Shown: positions 24,301 to 38,618, counted from the first letter of the whole stretch. The stretch is 52,827 nt of DNA, filler included, from Sphacelaria rigidula (GCA_964200075.2; 4 parts of 4 records of this genome joined end to end with filler, not necessarily neighbours in it); one strand, 5' to 3'. The notes: generated by a model not told the origin, from the sequence alone. Program-made: numbers and translations.

Positions 24301-26364
24301 CAGCACAGCACAGCACAGCACAGCACAGCACAGCAGAGCACAGTACAGCCAAGCACAGCTCAGCTCAGCAAAGCACAGCACATCATAGCACAGCACAGCA
24401 CAGCGCGTAACAACGCGCACTTCACACGTGACCTACCCCGAGTTGCTCCTCCACGGCTTCTACACGTTGGTCGACAGCGAGGTTTCAGACCTTGGCGAAC
24501 GTTCCAAATATCCATCGTCACTCGGAACTTCGCCATCTCATGCCCTCTGTTCGCTGCTGAGCTGCTAGTGTTCGCCAGTCACTGCAACGGTGCAGCTGTC
24601 GACGGCAGACGCATGGGAGGCTCATCTCAAACCTGAAGGTCGGCCACAGCACAGCACAGTGCAGCCCAGCCCGTCCCAGCCCAGCGCAAGAAAGCACAGC
24701 ACGGCACGGCACAGCACACCACAGCACAGCACAACAAGGAACGCAACAGCACAGTACGGCATATCAACACACAGCAGTACACAGCACAGCACAGTAAAGC
24801 ACAGCGCAGCACAGCACGGTACAAGATTGCACGGCACAGCACAGCACAGCACAGCACAGCACAGCACAGCACAGCATGGAACAGGCGGCACATCATCACA
24901 CGTGACCTACCCCAATTTGCTCCTCCACAGCTGCTTCACGATGGTCCACAGCAAGGATCGAGAACGCGGCGAACGTTCAGATACCGATGCACACGTGCAA
25001 CTTTCTCATCTCATGCCCTCTCTCCGCTCCTGAACTGCTGGCGATCGCCAGTCGCTGCAACCTTGCAGCTGTCGACGGCAGACGCATGAGAGGCTTATCG
25101 CGAGCACGAAGATCGGCCACAGCACAGCACAACGCAGCCCAGCGCGGCCCAGCGCAGCATAACACAGCACAACACAGCAAGGCAGAGCATAGCACAAGTG
25201 ATAACAATACAACACAACACGGAACGGCATAGCAGAGCACGGCACATGGGAACATAGCAGTACACAGCACAGCACAGCACAGCAAGGCACAGCACAGCCA
25301 GCCCAGCACAGCACCACACCACAACACACCACGGCACAGCAATGCACAGCACAGCACAGTACAGCACAGCACAGCACAGTACAGCACAGCACAGCAGAGC
25401 ACACCACACCACAGTACAGCAAAGCACACCACAGTACAGCGAACCACACCACGGCACACCACACCACACCACACCACAACACATCACACCACACCACACC
25501 ACACCACAAGACACGACCACACAGCACGGCACGGCACGGCACACCACATCACAATACACTAAAGCACACCAAACCACACCACACCACACCACACAACAAC
25601 ACATCACACCACACGACACCACACGACACCACACGACCACACAGCACGGCACGGCACGGCACGGCACGGCACACCACACGACACTAGAGCACACCAAACC
25701 ACACCAAACCACACCACACCACGCCACACCACACCACACCCCACCACACCACACCACACCACACCACACCACAACAGACGACCACATAGCACAGCACGGC
25801 ACACCACACCACACCACACCACACTCCAGCACACCAAACCACACCACAACACACCACACCACACCACAGTACAGCCAAGCACAGCTCAGCTCAGCAAGGC
25901 ACAGGACAGCACAGCACAGCACAGCACAGCACAGCACAGCACAGCACAGCGCGGAACAACGCGCACTTCACACCTGACCTACCCCGAGTTGCTCCTCCAC
26001 GGCTGCCACACGTTGGTCGACAGCGAGGTTCCAGACCTCGGCGAACGTTCAAATATCCATCGTCACTCGGAACTCCCACATCCCATGCCCTCTGTTCGCT
26101 GCTGAGCTGCTAGTGTTCGCCAGTCACTGCAACGGTGCAGCTGTCGACGGTACACGCATGAGAGGCTCATCCCGAACCTGAAGGTCGGCCACAGCACAGC
26201 ACAGTGCAACCCAGCCCGTCCCAGCCCAGCGCAAGAAAGCACAGCACGGCACAGCACAGCACAGCACAGCACAGCACAACAAGGAGCCCAACAGCACAGT
26301 ACGGCATATCAACACACAGCAGTACACAGCACAGCACAGCAAAGCATAGCAAAGCACAGCACGG
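24301..26364. repeat. Composite satellite: ~235-bp units alternating with (CAGCA)n/(CACCA)n tracts
   Basis: Units at about 24410-24645, 24880-25118 and 25956-26190. 24341-24800 is duplicated about 1.55 kb downstream. Runs into the contig end. Confidence 0.9.
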
Positions 26365-26464
26365 NNNNNNNNNNNNNNNNNNNNNNNNNNNNNNNNNNNN
26401 NNNNNNNNTTAATTAATTAANNNNNNNNNNNNNNNNNNNNNNNNNNNNNNNNNNNNNNNNNNNN
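26365..26464. other. Artificial contig linker
   Basis: N44-TTAATTAATTAA-N44. Confidence 0.98.
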
Positions 26465-26540
26465 TGACCTCGGCTGATGCGCCCAGATATACCGAAAGGT
26501 GTAGACTGGTGCCCAGAATAAATAGGACGGCAACACACAC
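26465..26540 (+). mobile_element. 3' fragment of the tRNA-SINE family seen at 38955-39295
   Basis: Reverse complement matches 38978-39049 (...TATTCTGG..CCAGTCTACACCTT..GG.ATAT.TGGGCGCATCAGCCG.GGTCA). Confidence 0.75.
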
Positions 26541-26554
26541 GACAACACATCGAA

Positions 26555-28200
26555 CAGATGCCGGAGCACGCGCCGCTGTCGGATAAGCCCTCAATGGAGG
26601 GAGTGAAGGAATCGGTGGGCAAGCTGGCGTACGGTGAGTCCGTCGGGGCTGACAAGCTGTGTGGTGAACTAGCTCGGCCTCTCCAAGGACTGTGCCATCG
26701 TGAAGTGTTCCCACAACGTATTTACAGTGTGACATCAGGAAGTAGTGCCACGGGAATGGGAAGATGCCGATTTCGAGGTGCTGTTCAAGAAAAAGGTCTC
26801 GAGCGAATGCGACAAATACCACGGTATTTGGCCAGGGGCCCATGCGGGCAAGGTGGATCTCTACGTAGCCTTGATTCGTCTCAGCCGCTACAGCGAGTGG
26901 AAGGGAATACTACCGGAAGCTCAGTACGGACTCCGATTAGAATGGTCGACAGTCGACATGATGTACGTTGTGCGTCGACTTCGTACAACTAGCTAGGGAG
27001 TAAAAATACACCACCATACGATTGCCTCATCAACCTCCAAAAAGCGCACGACTCAGACGACTGCTCTCCTCTTTGGAACGAGCTGGCACGACACGGCGTC
27101 CCCGCCAAGATGATATCCATCATCCGCCAGTTCCACGACGGCATGCATGTGTGTGCGCGCTCGCCTGGACATCCGGGGGACTTATGGGTGGTTTGACGTT
27201 AACCAGGGCCTCCGCCAAGACAGTGTACTGGTCTCTATTTGCTCGACATCTTCCACGCAACGGCACAGATCGTGGCGTTCGATCACTCCACGATACATCT
27301 AGCGGCGGCGAATTCATTCATCCGCATTGCTATAAAGGGTGGGATAACCATGGACGAGCTTAGGAAGGTGCTCTGGGCCATGACGTACACCGATCAAAAA
27401 CCAAGCCTGGCAAAGATGATGGCCATCGTCGTGGCGGAGAAGAAAACGGAAAGAGTTCACATGCACTCTTCAGACATGAAGGCGGGTGTGGTGTAAGTGG
27501 AGGCGGCAGGCCAAATGTGCGACCAAGTCGAGATTTCGTATACTTCGATAGCGCCATTAACAGCATTTGCCATGTCCCCTCTGAAGTCGCCGGCAGCATT
27601 GGCCATCCTTAGGAATGCCTGTCAAATACAGCACAGGGGTCAATAACGAGCAATGCATCACCCTGGCCTAGCAGGTTCGTTTCCTGAAGGCAAGGTAGTC
27701 GAGGTCATCCTCTAAGGCTGCGTGATCTGGACTCTCTCGCCCGACGATTTCGGCACGTTGCGACGATGCCCACCGCGAGCTCCTGCTGATGAGCCTCAAA
27801 AAAGCATCTCTTGACCGGCAGTGCTCCCGACTACCGCATCCTGTCGTACCACGACGTCCACGAGGACTGGCTGCGATTGCATCATGGCTACCGCGATGAG
27901 ACAAATCCTTTCGATATCCGGCCGAATCGCGCGCATGCACGACGAACGCCTCCCCAAAATCGTCATGCGCAGAGAAATAGTCAGAGGGGGAGGACGGCAG
28001 GCTTATCCCGGGAAACGTCAAAAACACCGTGTCATTGAATACTGCTGCGCCTTCGGGATAGACGGGACGTCATAGACGTAGATCGCCCTACATGTTTCCA
28101 AGTGGTTCCGGGTCGGACATGAGGGGGCTAAGAAGTGCATAACAACCTGACCCACCAAGCAAGTAAACGCGACCAACGCACGCCATGCAAAGGAACTCCT
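26555..28200 (+). mobile_element. Degenerate RTE-clade LINE reverse transcriptase region
   Basis: VPREWEDADFEVLFKKK..ECDKYHGI..AHAGK..GILPEAQYGLR..STVDMMYVVRRL; LQKAHDS; IIRQFHDGM; QGLRQ; WAMTYTD (YADD degenerate); RMHDERLPKIVM. Many frameshifts and stops. Confidence 0.92.
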
Positions 28201-31200
28201 ATGCCGCGTTAGCAGCCGAGTATCATCGGTTTTCACTCAAGACCGCCAAACTGTCACAAGTGACCAACCAGCTAGTGTAGTGTGCTCGCTAGTGAATTTG
28301 CCGTAATTGCTGGCGGGGAGGTTCTCCGTGGGAACCTGGGGATGCTGTTATGTCTCTCGCTTGGTATCCGCACATCCTCCTGGGTGTGTACTTCTTCATT
28401 ACATATTATTATGCCTCTCAATTTCGTTTACTCCAAGGGCAGATCTAATTCGCTTTCTTTGCCACACCTTCAACCAGTTCGAGGGGAGATTCTTCTCTTC
28501 TGCTTTCTTTTCCTCCCCCATTGTTTGGCTTTGGTTGGGTTTTGTGACCTCAGAAGTCGCGAGATGAGCGGTATTATCTCATGTAAGGAATAGCAGTGAC
28601 GGCATGGTGACCGTATTGGAGGGGGTAGCCCACGCACGTCTGTGACCACGGATACGGGAGATTGGGCTAATGTGCAGCAGTAATAGCGCCAATGAAAATG
28701 ATGACATAAATGACCACCGCTGTATGATCCGCCTCGCTTACGACCACCCGGTTCTGCCAACCCTATCACTGTCATCCTCCAACCCCCAGTCCGGGCTATG
28801 ATCATGCTCCTCACTCTTGGTTGCGGCCATGCCATACCCCGTCTGCCACTTCAGATTTTTTCCGAGCACTGCTCTGGCAAGGGCCCACGAACTCCAGGCA
28901 CATGTCGTGTACCCACACGCCCCGTACACCCGACACAGGGTAAAAATCTGTTACCCATGCACCCTCAGCCCTTGGTAATAAGATAATACGTACCCGCCGT
29001 CTGCGAGCACCGTTTTTACGAGCACATATAAAAGGTATTGGTCAGCAGATGAGTCCGACTCGTAAGCTAATCAGAAAAGATAACCTACAGTGTCCAACTA
29101 GCGGGCCGGTTATGTATGATTCATAGGGAAAATTGCATCATGCTACATAACAACACAGTGGACCATATCGTGACGCCCCTTCGCGCGCAAGGGCGGCGCA
29201 AACACCAAGGTGCTGCTCGTGTGCATACAGTCATATCCGCAATGGTCAAGCAACGAATTTTCGAAGGGTATGGCCCGGTCAGAACCCCTGGCGATCATGA
29301 CAGCATCGCTTCCGCAGCCGCGTGTGCATTCATTGCCCGTCCTCCTCATGGGTTTCATCAGTAACAGAAACTTGCACACCACGCGAACATGGACGGAATC
29401 ATCCCACCAGGTAGTTCTCGGTCCTGTTTACGAGAGGAGAGCATTCTGGTGTGGATCGAGAGACAATACTTGCGAGAGTAACGGGTCGCCCTGGTGGCTT
29501 AGTTGACAACCTCGAAATCTTCTGGCGGGATGTGGGTTCAAATCTCGGTGAAATCACGCCATCTGGTATTTTTTCCTCACATCATGCGCAACAGTCTATA
29601 GTGGAGAGCAACCGTGTCCTGGATACGATGTGAGTGCAAAAACCTCGACTTCACAGTAGACGGAATGGGCCGCTGAACGCTTTCAACGATAAAGGAAGGC
29701 AAGTACCGTCTAAGGGAGGTGAAATATTCAAACAAAAACAAGTAAAAATGTCGTTTGCCCCTTCTCCTGTGCGACCCTGGCTAATGGGCCCACATACATA
29801 CGAGCTGGGCCAGCCTAGAAGCGGATTTGGAGTCTGCAGGCCCATTCGCAATTTAATGATTGGACCTGGAGCCTAAAATTTGTTATGGACAACCAATAGG
29901 GCATTATGAACAAAATTATGCATGGACCCGAGGATTGTTTTTGCATGATTCAACGGCATTTTACTGTTGCGCCCCCGATGAGGGGTGTTGTTATGTCATG
30001 CGGTGCTTGTCTTGATACACCTGGTATGCTTGTACGTATGGCTGTCCCTCGAGAGGTCGAAAGATGGAACCTTGCGATTCTCAGTTCTTTGGTGGGTGGT
30101 CTTTAGCGCCTTGAGTTTCGCCCGTAGGCGGAACCTATGTTCATTTCTACTGGGCCTCGCGCGTGGACTTGGAAAGCCGGGTGCCATCCCCTGAAGTTCG
30201 AATGACCACCTGTGGCACCGGATCTTCTGAGGTGAGCCATATTCATCATCTTTCTGCTGTATTATTTATTCCTGTTTAGCTTGTATCGCGTTTTAAGAGT
30301 TTGATTCTGGGTCTAATTTTGTTTTTGTTCTTGTTTGATTTTCTCATACCTTATTTTAGGTGGCTAGCCTGTGACCACGAAAGGCGTCCGCATCAGATGC
30401 CACGCACGAATGTACCGCGCAGACATCGGAACGATTTTTATAATCGTGTGAAGACAACAACAACCTCCAGGTATTAAATTGCGAATAAGCCTTTCAAAAA
30501 CCGGGCCGATGAAAATTCGCAACAGTATTTGCAGGCCACTTACCGGCCGAGGTTCCGGTACTCTTGAATTAAAATTAGAAAATTTGTGTAGGACTTCGCT
30601 AGGCCGTAACCAACCAAAAACAGGAAATTGTTACGAAGTATTATTTTCTTCACTTGTTCCGGACGTTTTACTATCGGACAGACCATATTTTAAAGACAGT
30701 ACCGGAACATCTCCACGAAAAAATATAATCGGATGACCATTTTCTTCTTCGGCATGCCTCTGCGATTCTCCGTAGTGAGTTACAAATTACAACTCTCAAC
30801 AAGGAACTGAAAAACTGAGATGAGGTCTGGGTGCAATGTCTATTTTTCCTGAAAAACTTCTCCAAAAATCCACCCAAAAATATGAAAAAGTCGAATAAAA
30901 TGAACAAAAAGCTGAGTTTGGTCGTTTATTATGCACTAGCGATTCTCCTTACGAAATTTCATAGCAAAACTCTCAAGAACTGAGACGCGATATCCAGATT
31001 GAGTGCAGTTGGTGCCTCTGCTCGTAATATATTGATTTTAGTATGGAGGCTTATGTGCGCCAAATCTCGAGATAGATGAATTGGGCGAAGGTGAGGGTAT
31101 CGATCGTCTCCCCGTGCTCTGGGGAATGCTTACACGATAACACGTCATCATTCGCTGTATTCACGGCTCGGGGTCCATATGGACTTTGATATGGACGCTA

Positions 31201-33816
31201 TATCCGTAATGGATAGGAATTTTAGACATGAGGTTGGATCCACGATAAGAGTTGGCCCAGACTCGTGAGCAGATGGGCACCTTCCTTTTGATCAGACGAT
31301 TAATACGGTATGCAGATCACGGTCCAACTCGTCTATGTCGACGAGATATTGCTCTGAGAGTTTAATTAAAATCCACGCCTGAGCCGGCCCGGCTCGTATC
31401 GATTATCGTGGATTTAGTTGAGCCGAGACATGACTTCAAAATAGAATCGAAACTTTGAAGAAGAGTCGACCAACCAATCAGCATGTTGCCGGTATCCTGC
31501 AATTTGATACAGGTGATAATTTGCTTGATGATGAGCTGTGGAAGCTGTGAAATCGTTCCAAGTCCTACCGTCGACGCCAATATCAACAGGACTCGTTGAC
31601 GACGAGTACGGCCTACCCAACCCAGAACTGAGTGTGTATGTTGTATTCCTTCGCTCAGTGTATGTACAGAGCGTGTGGGAACGCGTCATGGACATGGAGT
31701 TGGTACGACTTTGCAGGGGTAGGACTTAGAACAAGAGACCAAGGGCCAGATGGTGGGTGTTGAGTAACGACGTCCAGAATGACGGGCATGAGCACAAAAT
31801 GAGCATAGCCCGAACCGCGGGTTGGAGACTGATAAGTCTCGGAGCTGACAGGTCCTGGATCAACGAGTTCGGGTTGACGGGCCCGGGGAATTAGGGTCCA
31901 GTCAGCCGAGGTGGTCATGACATAAGCTGGTGTCCAGAATAGATGGGCTAACAACACACACCTACAAAGTCGGCTTCATGATCATTTCGTTTTAAGGGAA
32001 AATGCCGAAGCTGCGGCATCTCGATATACTGCACACGCAAGAATGCATTCGCATGATGCGCCTTGTAGCTCTTTTCCGCACCAAAAGAATGACGTACCGC
32101 CTTGGGGATACATGCATGGTTACACGAACGCTGATGTACGAGAATTCATCACAACAGCTCTGCGCAAATAGCTACAGCAGCAGTACAGACGTACAACAAA
32201 TGGCTTGCTTTGCGGGCTTATTTTTCGGACGAAAAGCAGGGCGTCCTGAAGCGAGAGAACGTTATCAATCTCAGGGCGATCTTTCGCAATTGACGGGCAA
32301 TACAACAATTGCGGGTATGCTCGCTAAACAGCACACTGTTAGTATGGTGAGGTACGGTTGAGATCTCAACGACACCGCAACGACATCGCAGGTATACAGC
32401 CGGATTCATATTTTAGACATTATGGGGTAAAACCCTGACAACCATGACTACGCGCGCTAGGTGATATTTGCCATGGCGGCGGTTGTGGCGATTTCGATAC
32501 TTCATGCCCAGTAAGAGGTCGGATACGCTCCGTCTGCGCAACTCCTTGGCTTGCATATGTCGTTTATGAGACCCCTTGATGGGGGGGGCTACGTATCTTC
32601 CGTGTGTCGGAAGAAAATCATGCACGTGCGGAAGACGAATGTGCCCTGCGACACCGTACTACAGTACACCCACACTAGAGTTGCAGTACGGTGTTTAGTC
32701 GCAGCTATCCGCAGACAAATACGTGAGCAAAATATATCAACGAGAACACAGGCCTACCCGATTCTCAATTCTCACCTAAAGCAACTTGTGACTGCAGGGC
32801 AAGACATGCCAGCGCCGCTTGAACCTGCAGTAGTAGCCGACCACGGGTAGCAAAGATAGTACAGCGTGATCATATCATGAGGCAAGTATTCCGACATCAA
32901 CAGAACACGCGTTGTTGGAAGGTATACAGGGCCGTACGCAGCCGAAAGTTGCACAGTGTGCGAAAAATGGATCGCTTAGGTGGGTCATCAACAGGGTGCG
33001 TTTGATGGCGGGGTGAAAAACAGTACCAGGTGGATGAAACAGGGGTATTCCAGGCTCTCACACCCATCAGGTTCATGCTCCGGGAGTACGTACGTCATGA
33101 AGAACAGCACAGTAGAGTAACTCAACAGATGGAACCCATACTGATTTGGTACAGATTGTATAGCCCCAACGATCGCAAAGACGGGCGCATGCTGTGTTCG
33201 GGTCTTTTCATGACCTCAGTCGCCCCTATCCTCTGCGACACGCGTTAGCGCACGCCTCTGTCGACTGGCGACTTTCCCATCCACGGCCGAACGTGTTTAT
33301 AGCCACCCACCTACTTGACGCATGCATGCCTAGCCATCATGGTACCGCTTGCGGGAAGTACACTTACCTTCATGTTGATGGAAAGTAGAAAATTAGAAGC
33401 AGCTGGATTCAGCTGCCGTGTACCTGACCGTATCGTGCAGTGTCCGGCGTCCTGGAGTGTCGATCACGGTCATGAAAAGGTGTTCGCGTGCCAACCTCTC
33501 TTACGCTGTCATATTCCATCAATGATGACCAAGGTATGTGCAGGCGAACTTGTTCGAAGCTGAGTATCCCTACTGCGACATCTCGGACAGTTCTTGCGTA
33601 CCTCGTGTGTCAGCTCTGCCCAAGCGCTGATTCACAGACCTACAGTTTGGAGGCGTTGGCGTCGGACTGCTTGCGTACGCGCTGTTGCAACAGTAGAAGG
33701 TATTGCGCTTTGGATTCATCGGTCAACAGTCGAGCCACGACAGGAGAGAGAAAAGCCAGCGCATTTCAATATACAAGGTTTTGAATTGATCTCTTCCGCA
33801 GAGCCATCCCGCCATC

Positions 33817-33968
33817 ATGTCGTACCAAGTGGCCAAGAAGAAGGTGCTGCTCATGGGGAAGTCCGGCGCCGGAAAGACCTCGATGCGGTCGATTATATTT
33901 GCTAACTATGCCGCCAAGGATACCATGCGGCTAGGCCCCACGCTGGATGTTGAGCACTCGCACGTCAG
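33817..33968 (+). CDS. RRAGA: Ras-related GTP-binding protein RagA/Gtr1, exon 1
   Basis: [45 protein letters not shown] (P-loop and switch I of RagA/B). AG|GTACTA donor. Confidence 0.97.
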
Positions 33969-34980
33969 GTACTATGTGCAGGTTTCGGTGTCAGCCTGCA
34001 GCTGTTGTGCGGAAGCCCGAACATCCTGCAACTGCAATGACTTTTGTAACGTAGCAGCAGCACAGCGCCCACCGCGATTTTCTGGATTAGAGCAGACTGT
34101 GCCTCATGGGTGCGGCTCAGTTGACGGCATAGTTGCTTTATAGATCAATAGATCAAATGATAACTTCTGGGTGGAGTTGATTTCGTTCATTTCCTGCATG
34201 CTGATGAAGGTGTCACATGCATGCACTCGAGGCACTGCGGCGTGAAATACTTGCTGGCTGCGGTGGCGGAGGGTTTCCCATGCGTGGACCTTGTTCATAC
34301 TTCTACTGTACTGAAAGGCGCGATTGCCCACGAAGCCGTCCGTGATGGGAGGTGAAAGCTGGGGCATGTCGTAGATCCCCTACTGTTTGTTTGTATGCAG
34401 TGTGCCTCTTTGCTCTTGTAAACCTAAAGCTTCACGGTGATCTCACTGTTACTGTATTCTCTGTGTTTTACTGTCTACATCGCACAGTACGAAGCTTACA
34501 AACTACGAGTACAATACTTGTGATTGTGGAAACCACCGCGCTGAAATGTACTGCACTGCTTGTAGGTGTTCTGTGCTGTGCACAGTACCCACCAACGGTC
34601 CAGATTTGCTGTCTGTGCAGTTGTACCCAACTCTCGCCCGACACTCGTACGGTATCGTACAGCGCAGTAACGGCTATTTCGTCCCCCGCCTTTATGCGAA
34701 GCTACACATTCGTATTCGAGTTTGCGCGCGCATGAGCATGTGCTTGGTCCAATTACCCCGCGTCATGGTTCCTGACCGAACAGGCAGAGCAGCCGTCTGA
34801 CCGGCTTTTTCTACCAGCCCGTTGTTGACTTCGATCGCTCGGATCCCCATGGTCCAGTTCCCTTGTCGGTGACTCTTTTCGTCCTCCCAACCCTATACCC
34901 TCCCTGCCCCAATTATATCGTGGTGCCGCCTTTTTGCTTCGTGTCGCTTTTTGACCTGCTCTCCCGCTCTCCACCGGAAG

Positions 34981-35086
34981 GTTCCTTGGAGATATGGTGC
35001 TTAACTTGTGGGATTGCGGAGGGCAGGACGCCTTCTACGAGACGTACTTCGCGGGACAACGAGATTTTATATTCAGAAACGTTGAG
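34981..35086 (+). CDS. RRAGA: RagA/Gtr1 exon 2
   Basis: [35 protein letters not shown]. Phases 2/0 match. GAG|GTATGA donor. Confidence 0.96.
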
Positions 35087-37799
35087 GTATGAAGTACATG
35101 AGAAGTAAAGATAGCGCACCAGTAGCTACGGCCGTACGCACGGAGGATCTTATCATCACTAAACAGCGCAGAAGTTGGAGTCTGCGCGGAACCCGTGAGT
35201 AGTGTCCAGCAAACAACCAAGAGCTACGTATGGTTGGACACAAAATACGTGCAGCACCGCTGCGACGTTTTATTATTCGTCCCTTCGATACCCCCCCCCC
35301 CAAAACAGGATCGATCCTCATATTTTTGCGTGGATTCTGACTTAGAAATGTCATGTGGAACTTTCAACACTCCGTGTACGGCCTGTTGAAGGAAAAATCA
35401 CCCTGTAGAGAAGGCATACATAGCGACCACAGGAAACGAATGCGGAGATATGACACCTATGTAAGGCACAACCACTCATCAACTCCATAGACCCGCTCTC
35501 CCGGCTGAACAGAGAGCTTGGCGCTACCCATTGCTGTTGATCAGCCGAGTACTATGCTCGGGTTGAGGAAAATTTGTTCCCAAGTGAGAAAGATTCGATG
35601 ATTTTGCCTGAGACCCTTCGAGAACTCGGACATACAACACGCTGCATGTTCCGGCGACTTCTGTGATATGCACAAGGCGGCGACTCCTCCAATATTGAGT
35701 AGCTTGCCTTGGAACAAAGATCGCTGTGCGTAGATGAACAAGAGCTAGCACAGATACAATGCGCTCGGGTGGCGGGTGTCCGTCGCTCTTTCGGGGCTCC
35801 TTTGTGCCAGTCTGGTGTGTGTCAGCCAATGTCCTCGTGTTGCCTGTTCAGATGTTGAGGGCTGCTGGACCTACGTCTATTCCAGTGAACGTCGATGTGG
35901 GAAAGAGGAGTGCATTCTCGGCAGGACTCCACACCGCTCGTTCTGAAAAAAAACACGCTCCAAAATCATCTCCGATCCTGATTTTTTGTGTCCGAACAAG
36001 ATACGGCCTGGTTGCAGCAGCGTTGGCACATTTAGTTCAAGTCGCGAGACGTCCCCAGTAACATTCCATTACTTGAATTGACTGCTTCGCATAGGGTTAA
36101 CCCTTTCATCGCCGTCGTGGGCTATTTATGGAGTCGGCCTCGTTTCTAATTGAAGAGTGAATTTGAGATCCAGATCGCCATCCCTGTCCGTCGAAGGGTG
36201 TTGACCTTTTTACTGCGACGCCCACTCGCATCGCTTAGATCCACTCATGGTCGTTTTGGCATTGGAGCTGTTGTTGTTGGAGGATATCACGCGTATTTAA
36301 ATATGCTGGTTGGAGGTAAAGCACTGGTATGGCGATGGGGTCAGATTGCCTACGGCTGGTTGTGAGCCTTGTTGCGTACATGTACATCTTCGCTCAGCCA
36401 TTCTCGTCGGGTTTGTGATACTGGCGTACAAGAGGTGCACGCTGGCAGCCGCTATTGCTGCAACGTGCGTGAACATGTTCTCTGCCTATACTTCGGTAGT
36501 CTTGCTACTTGCGGGGCAGTGCTAGCATATCAGGAGGATGTTTCAATGTCGCATGCTCGTCATATCTTCTCAGCTGCACTCTATTGTGGGTAGGTACTCC
36601 TGCTCCTGTAAGTGTACATAAAAACGTTTTTTATCAGCGGCTGAAAACAACGATACAGCATGAGTGTGCCGACAACTGTTTCCATCTCTGCTTAGTGTTG
36701 TACAACCACAGTCCAGTGTTCCAACTATGTTGGCGGTTTGAAGAGCGAGCAGGTGCGCAAGACTGCGCAAAGACTTTTGAAAAGTGCGCCTTTTTTTCGC
36801 GTGCTCAAGTAATTGACGGCAGGGGCGATCAAATGCAGCTTGACTCCCCGAGTGGGCGATATTGGAGGGTTTATACGACATACTAGATCATTCGACGAAT
36901 AAAAACTGTCAAAATGGCGGCTCCACTCTTTCCGGGTCTGTTGCCCGACCCAGACATTCCTGAAAGCACGCATGATTGATTTGGAAAGGTTCTCTAATTA
37001 TGTAGGAACCCGCTCACCCCTTATTTTTCTTCGTGGAAACTCTCGGACTTGCATCAATACCCTTCAGAGACCAAGTTATAGGTCAATGGACTTACCCCTT
37101 CGAGCATCCAGAGGTGTCATCATTTTCATTTCAGGAATGGATGTCAGGCTCAGGTGTCCATCTGCCGACGCCAAAAGGGTTGACAATATTGTTGCAATTT
37201 GGCTTGCATGTCACTGGCCAGCCGTGACACGACATACATTCGTACATATATACTTGCCCTGTTCCGTAAGTCTGGGACACGTTAAAACGAATGGGTAAGC
37301 CAACGTTACCGATCATCCCATAGTCGGGTTCGTTAGGAAGATTAAGCGCAAACGAAGCTGATGAAAAAAGAGAAAACGTCATCACTACTGAAATGATGTC
37401 AAGATATATGCCCATTTCGACCCTTTTTGATCAATTTATATCCCATCATTGACCGATTTTGGACGTTTTCACGTCGAGCACCAGCAATTACATGATAAGA
37501 ACATATTGGATGGGGCGTACGTAGGTCAAGACCACGGACATGTCCAAAATCAATGGTGGTTTCGCGATTTTCACATTTTCTGGTCCATTTTACGTCATTT
37601 TTCGTGTTCTCGGGTCTCTCATCCATTCCTGGGAAAACCAGGGAAACAGGGCCGTATCTGGACCGACCTTCTTTTTCTCGGCCGCCCGACTGCATGGGTC
37701 AAGCACCCACTGTAGAAAGAATGTTGGTCTTCGCTAAAAAAAACGCCGACGGATGCAATAAAAAAATCGAAAATCAAATCTGACACGATCAAGGGGTCG

Positions 37800-37953
37800 C
37801 ACAAACATAACTTCAGACTTATGGGTCAGAGGAAGTACCTCAACTCGAATTTGGATCACCAGAGACCCATGAGGCGGTACATGAGACGTGGCTGTCTCTG
37901 GAAGTGGCGATACCAGACAATGAAGCACCTCATTGTAGGCTGTNNNNNNNNNN

Positions 37954-38017
<64 letters not shown>

Positions 38018-38111
38018 CCGGCGAAAACCCAGCGCGCTCCGTCCCGGCGTTGTAGGGATGCAAGGTCAATGGTATTGTGACTATGGCACGCATGATCATG
38101 AGTACACACCC
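37800..38111 (+). mobile_element. Family A copy (LINE-like 3' end) in RagA intron 2, interrupted by gap/poly-G
   Basis: 37862-37943 matches 11011-11094 and 38016-38111 matches the family 3' end. Encodes GC...QTMKHLIVGC. 5' boundary approximate. Confidence 0.75.
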
Positions 38112-38577
38112 TGATAACCCAGTGTCGAGACACTGGGATTTGTTTTTACTTTTCAGTTATCCTGAGGCGCGATTTCTGTACCCGCTTCTGCACAAAACTA
38201 GTGGGCGCAAGATTATAAAGATGGACTCTCGATAGACCACAGAAAATCCGTGTATATTCGTTCCTCTTGGTATTGTAGAGCCCTTCCTTTCCTCTGCAGG
38301 AGCCTACAGTGTCATGGGACCAGAATGCCTCTTCCTCTTCCGTATGCTTGTAATTGCCTTGGCCAAATCACATTTCGTGAATCACAGGCTGGGAATCACG
38401 GAAATACACAATACATGAATTCACTCGTAACAGCGCTCGCGAATCAAGAGAACAATTTCAGCTTCAACGCCGGGATCACCGATGTTGACAGTTAACCGGT
38501 GATCCTGTTCCGAAAGGCGACTTTAGCGCCCAGAGAGCTCATATCTTGCGCTCTCATGTGAGCTCACAGGATACTCC

Positions 38578-38618
<41 letters not shown>

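Noticed and set aside
24301..26364. Cys/Val-rich and His/Thr-rich long ORFs; also CRISPR-like alternation
   Set aside because: The ORFs are translations of stop-free pentamer microsatellite. Units are about 235 bp and the intervening tracts are simple repeats, not unique spacers.
37944..38015. Poly-Gly/poly-Pro ORFs and G-quadruplex at long G/C runs (also 38578-38616, 43874-44073)
   Set aside because: Mostly next to N gaps and local duplications, typical of sequencing or assembly artefacts.
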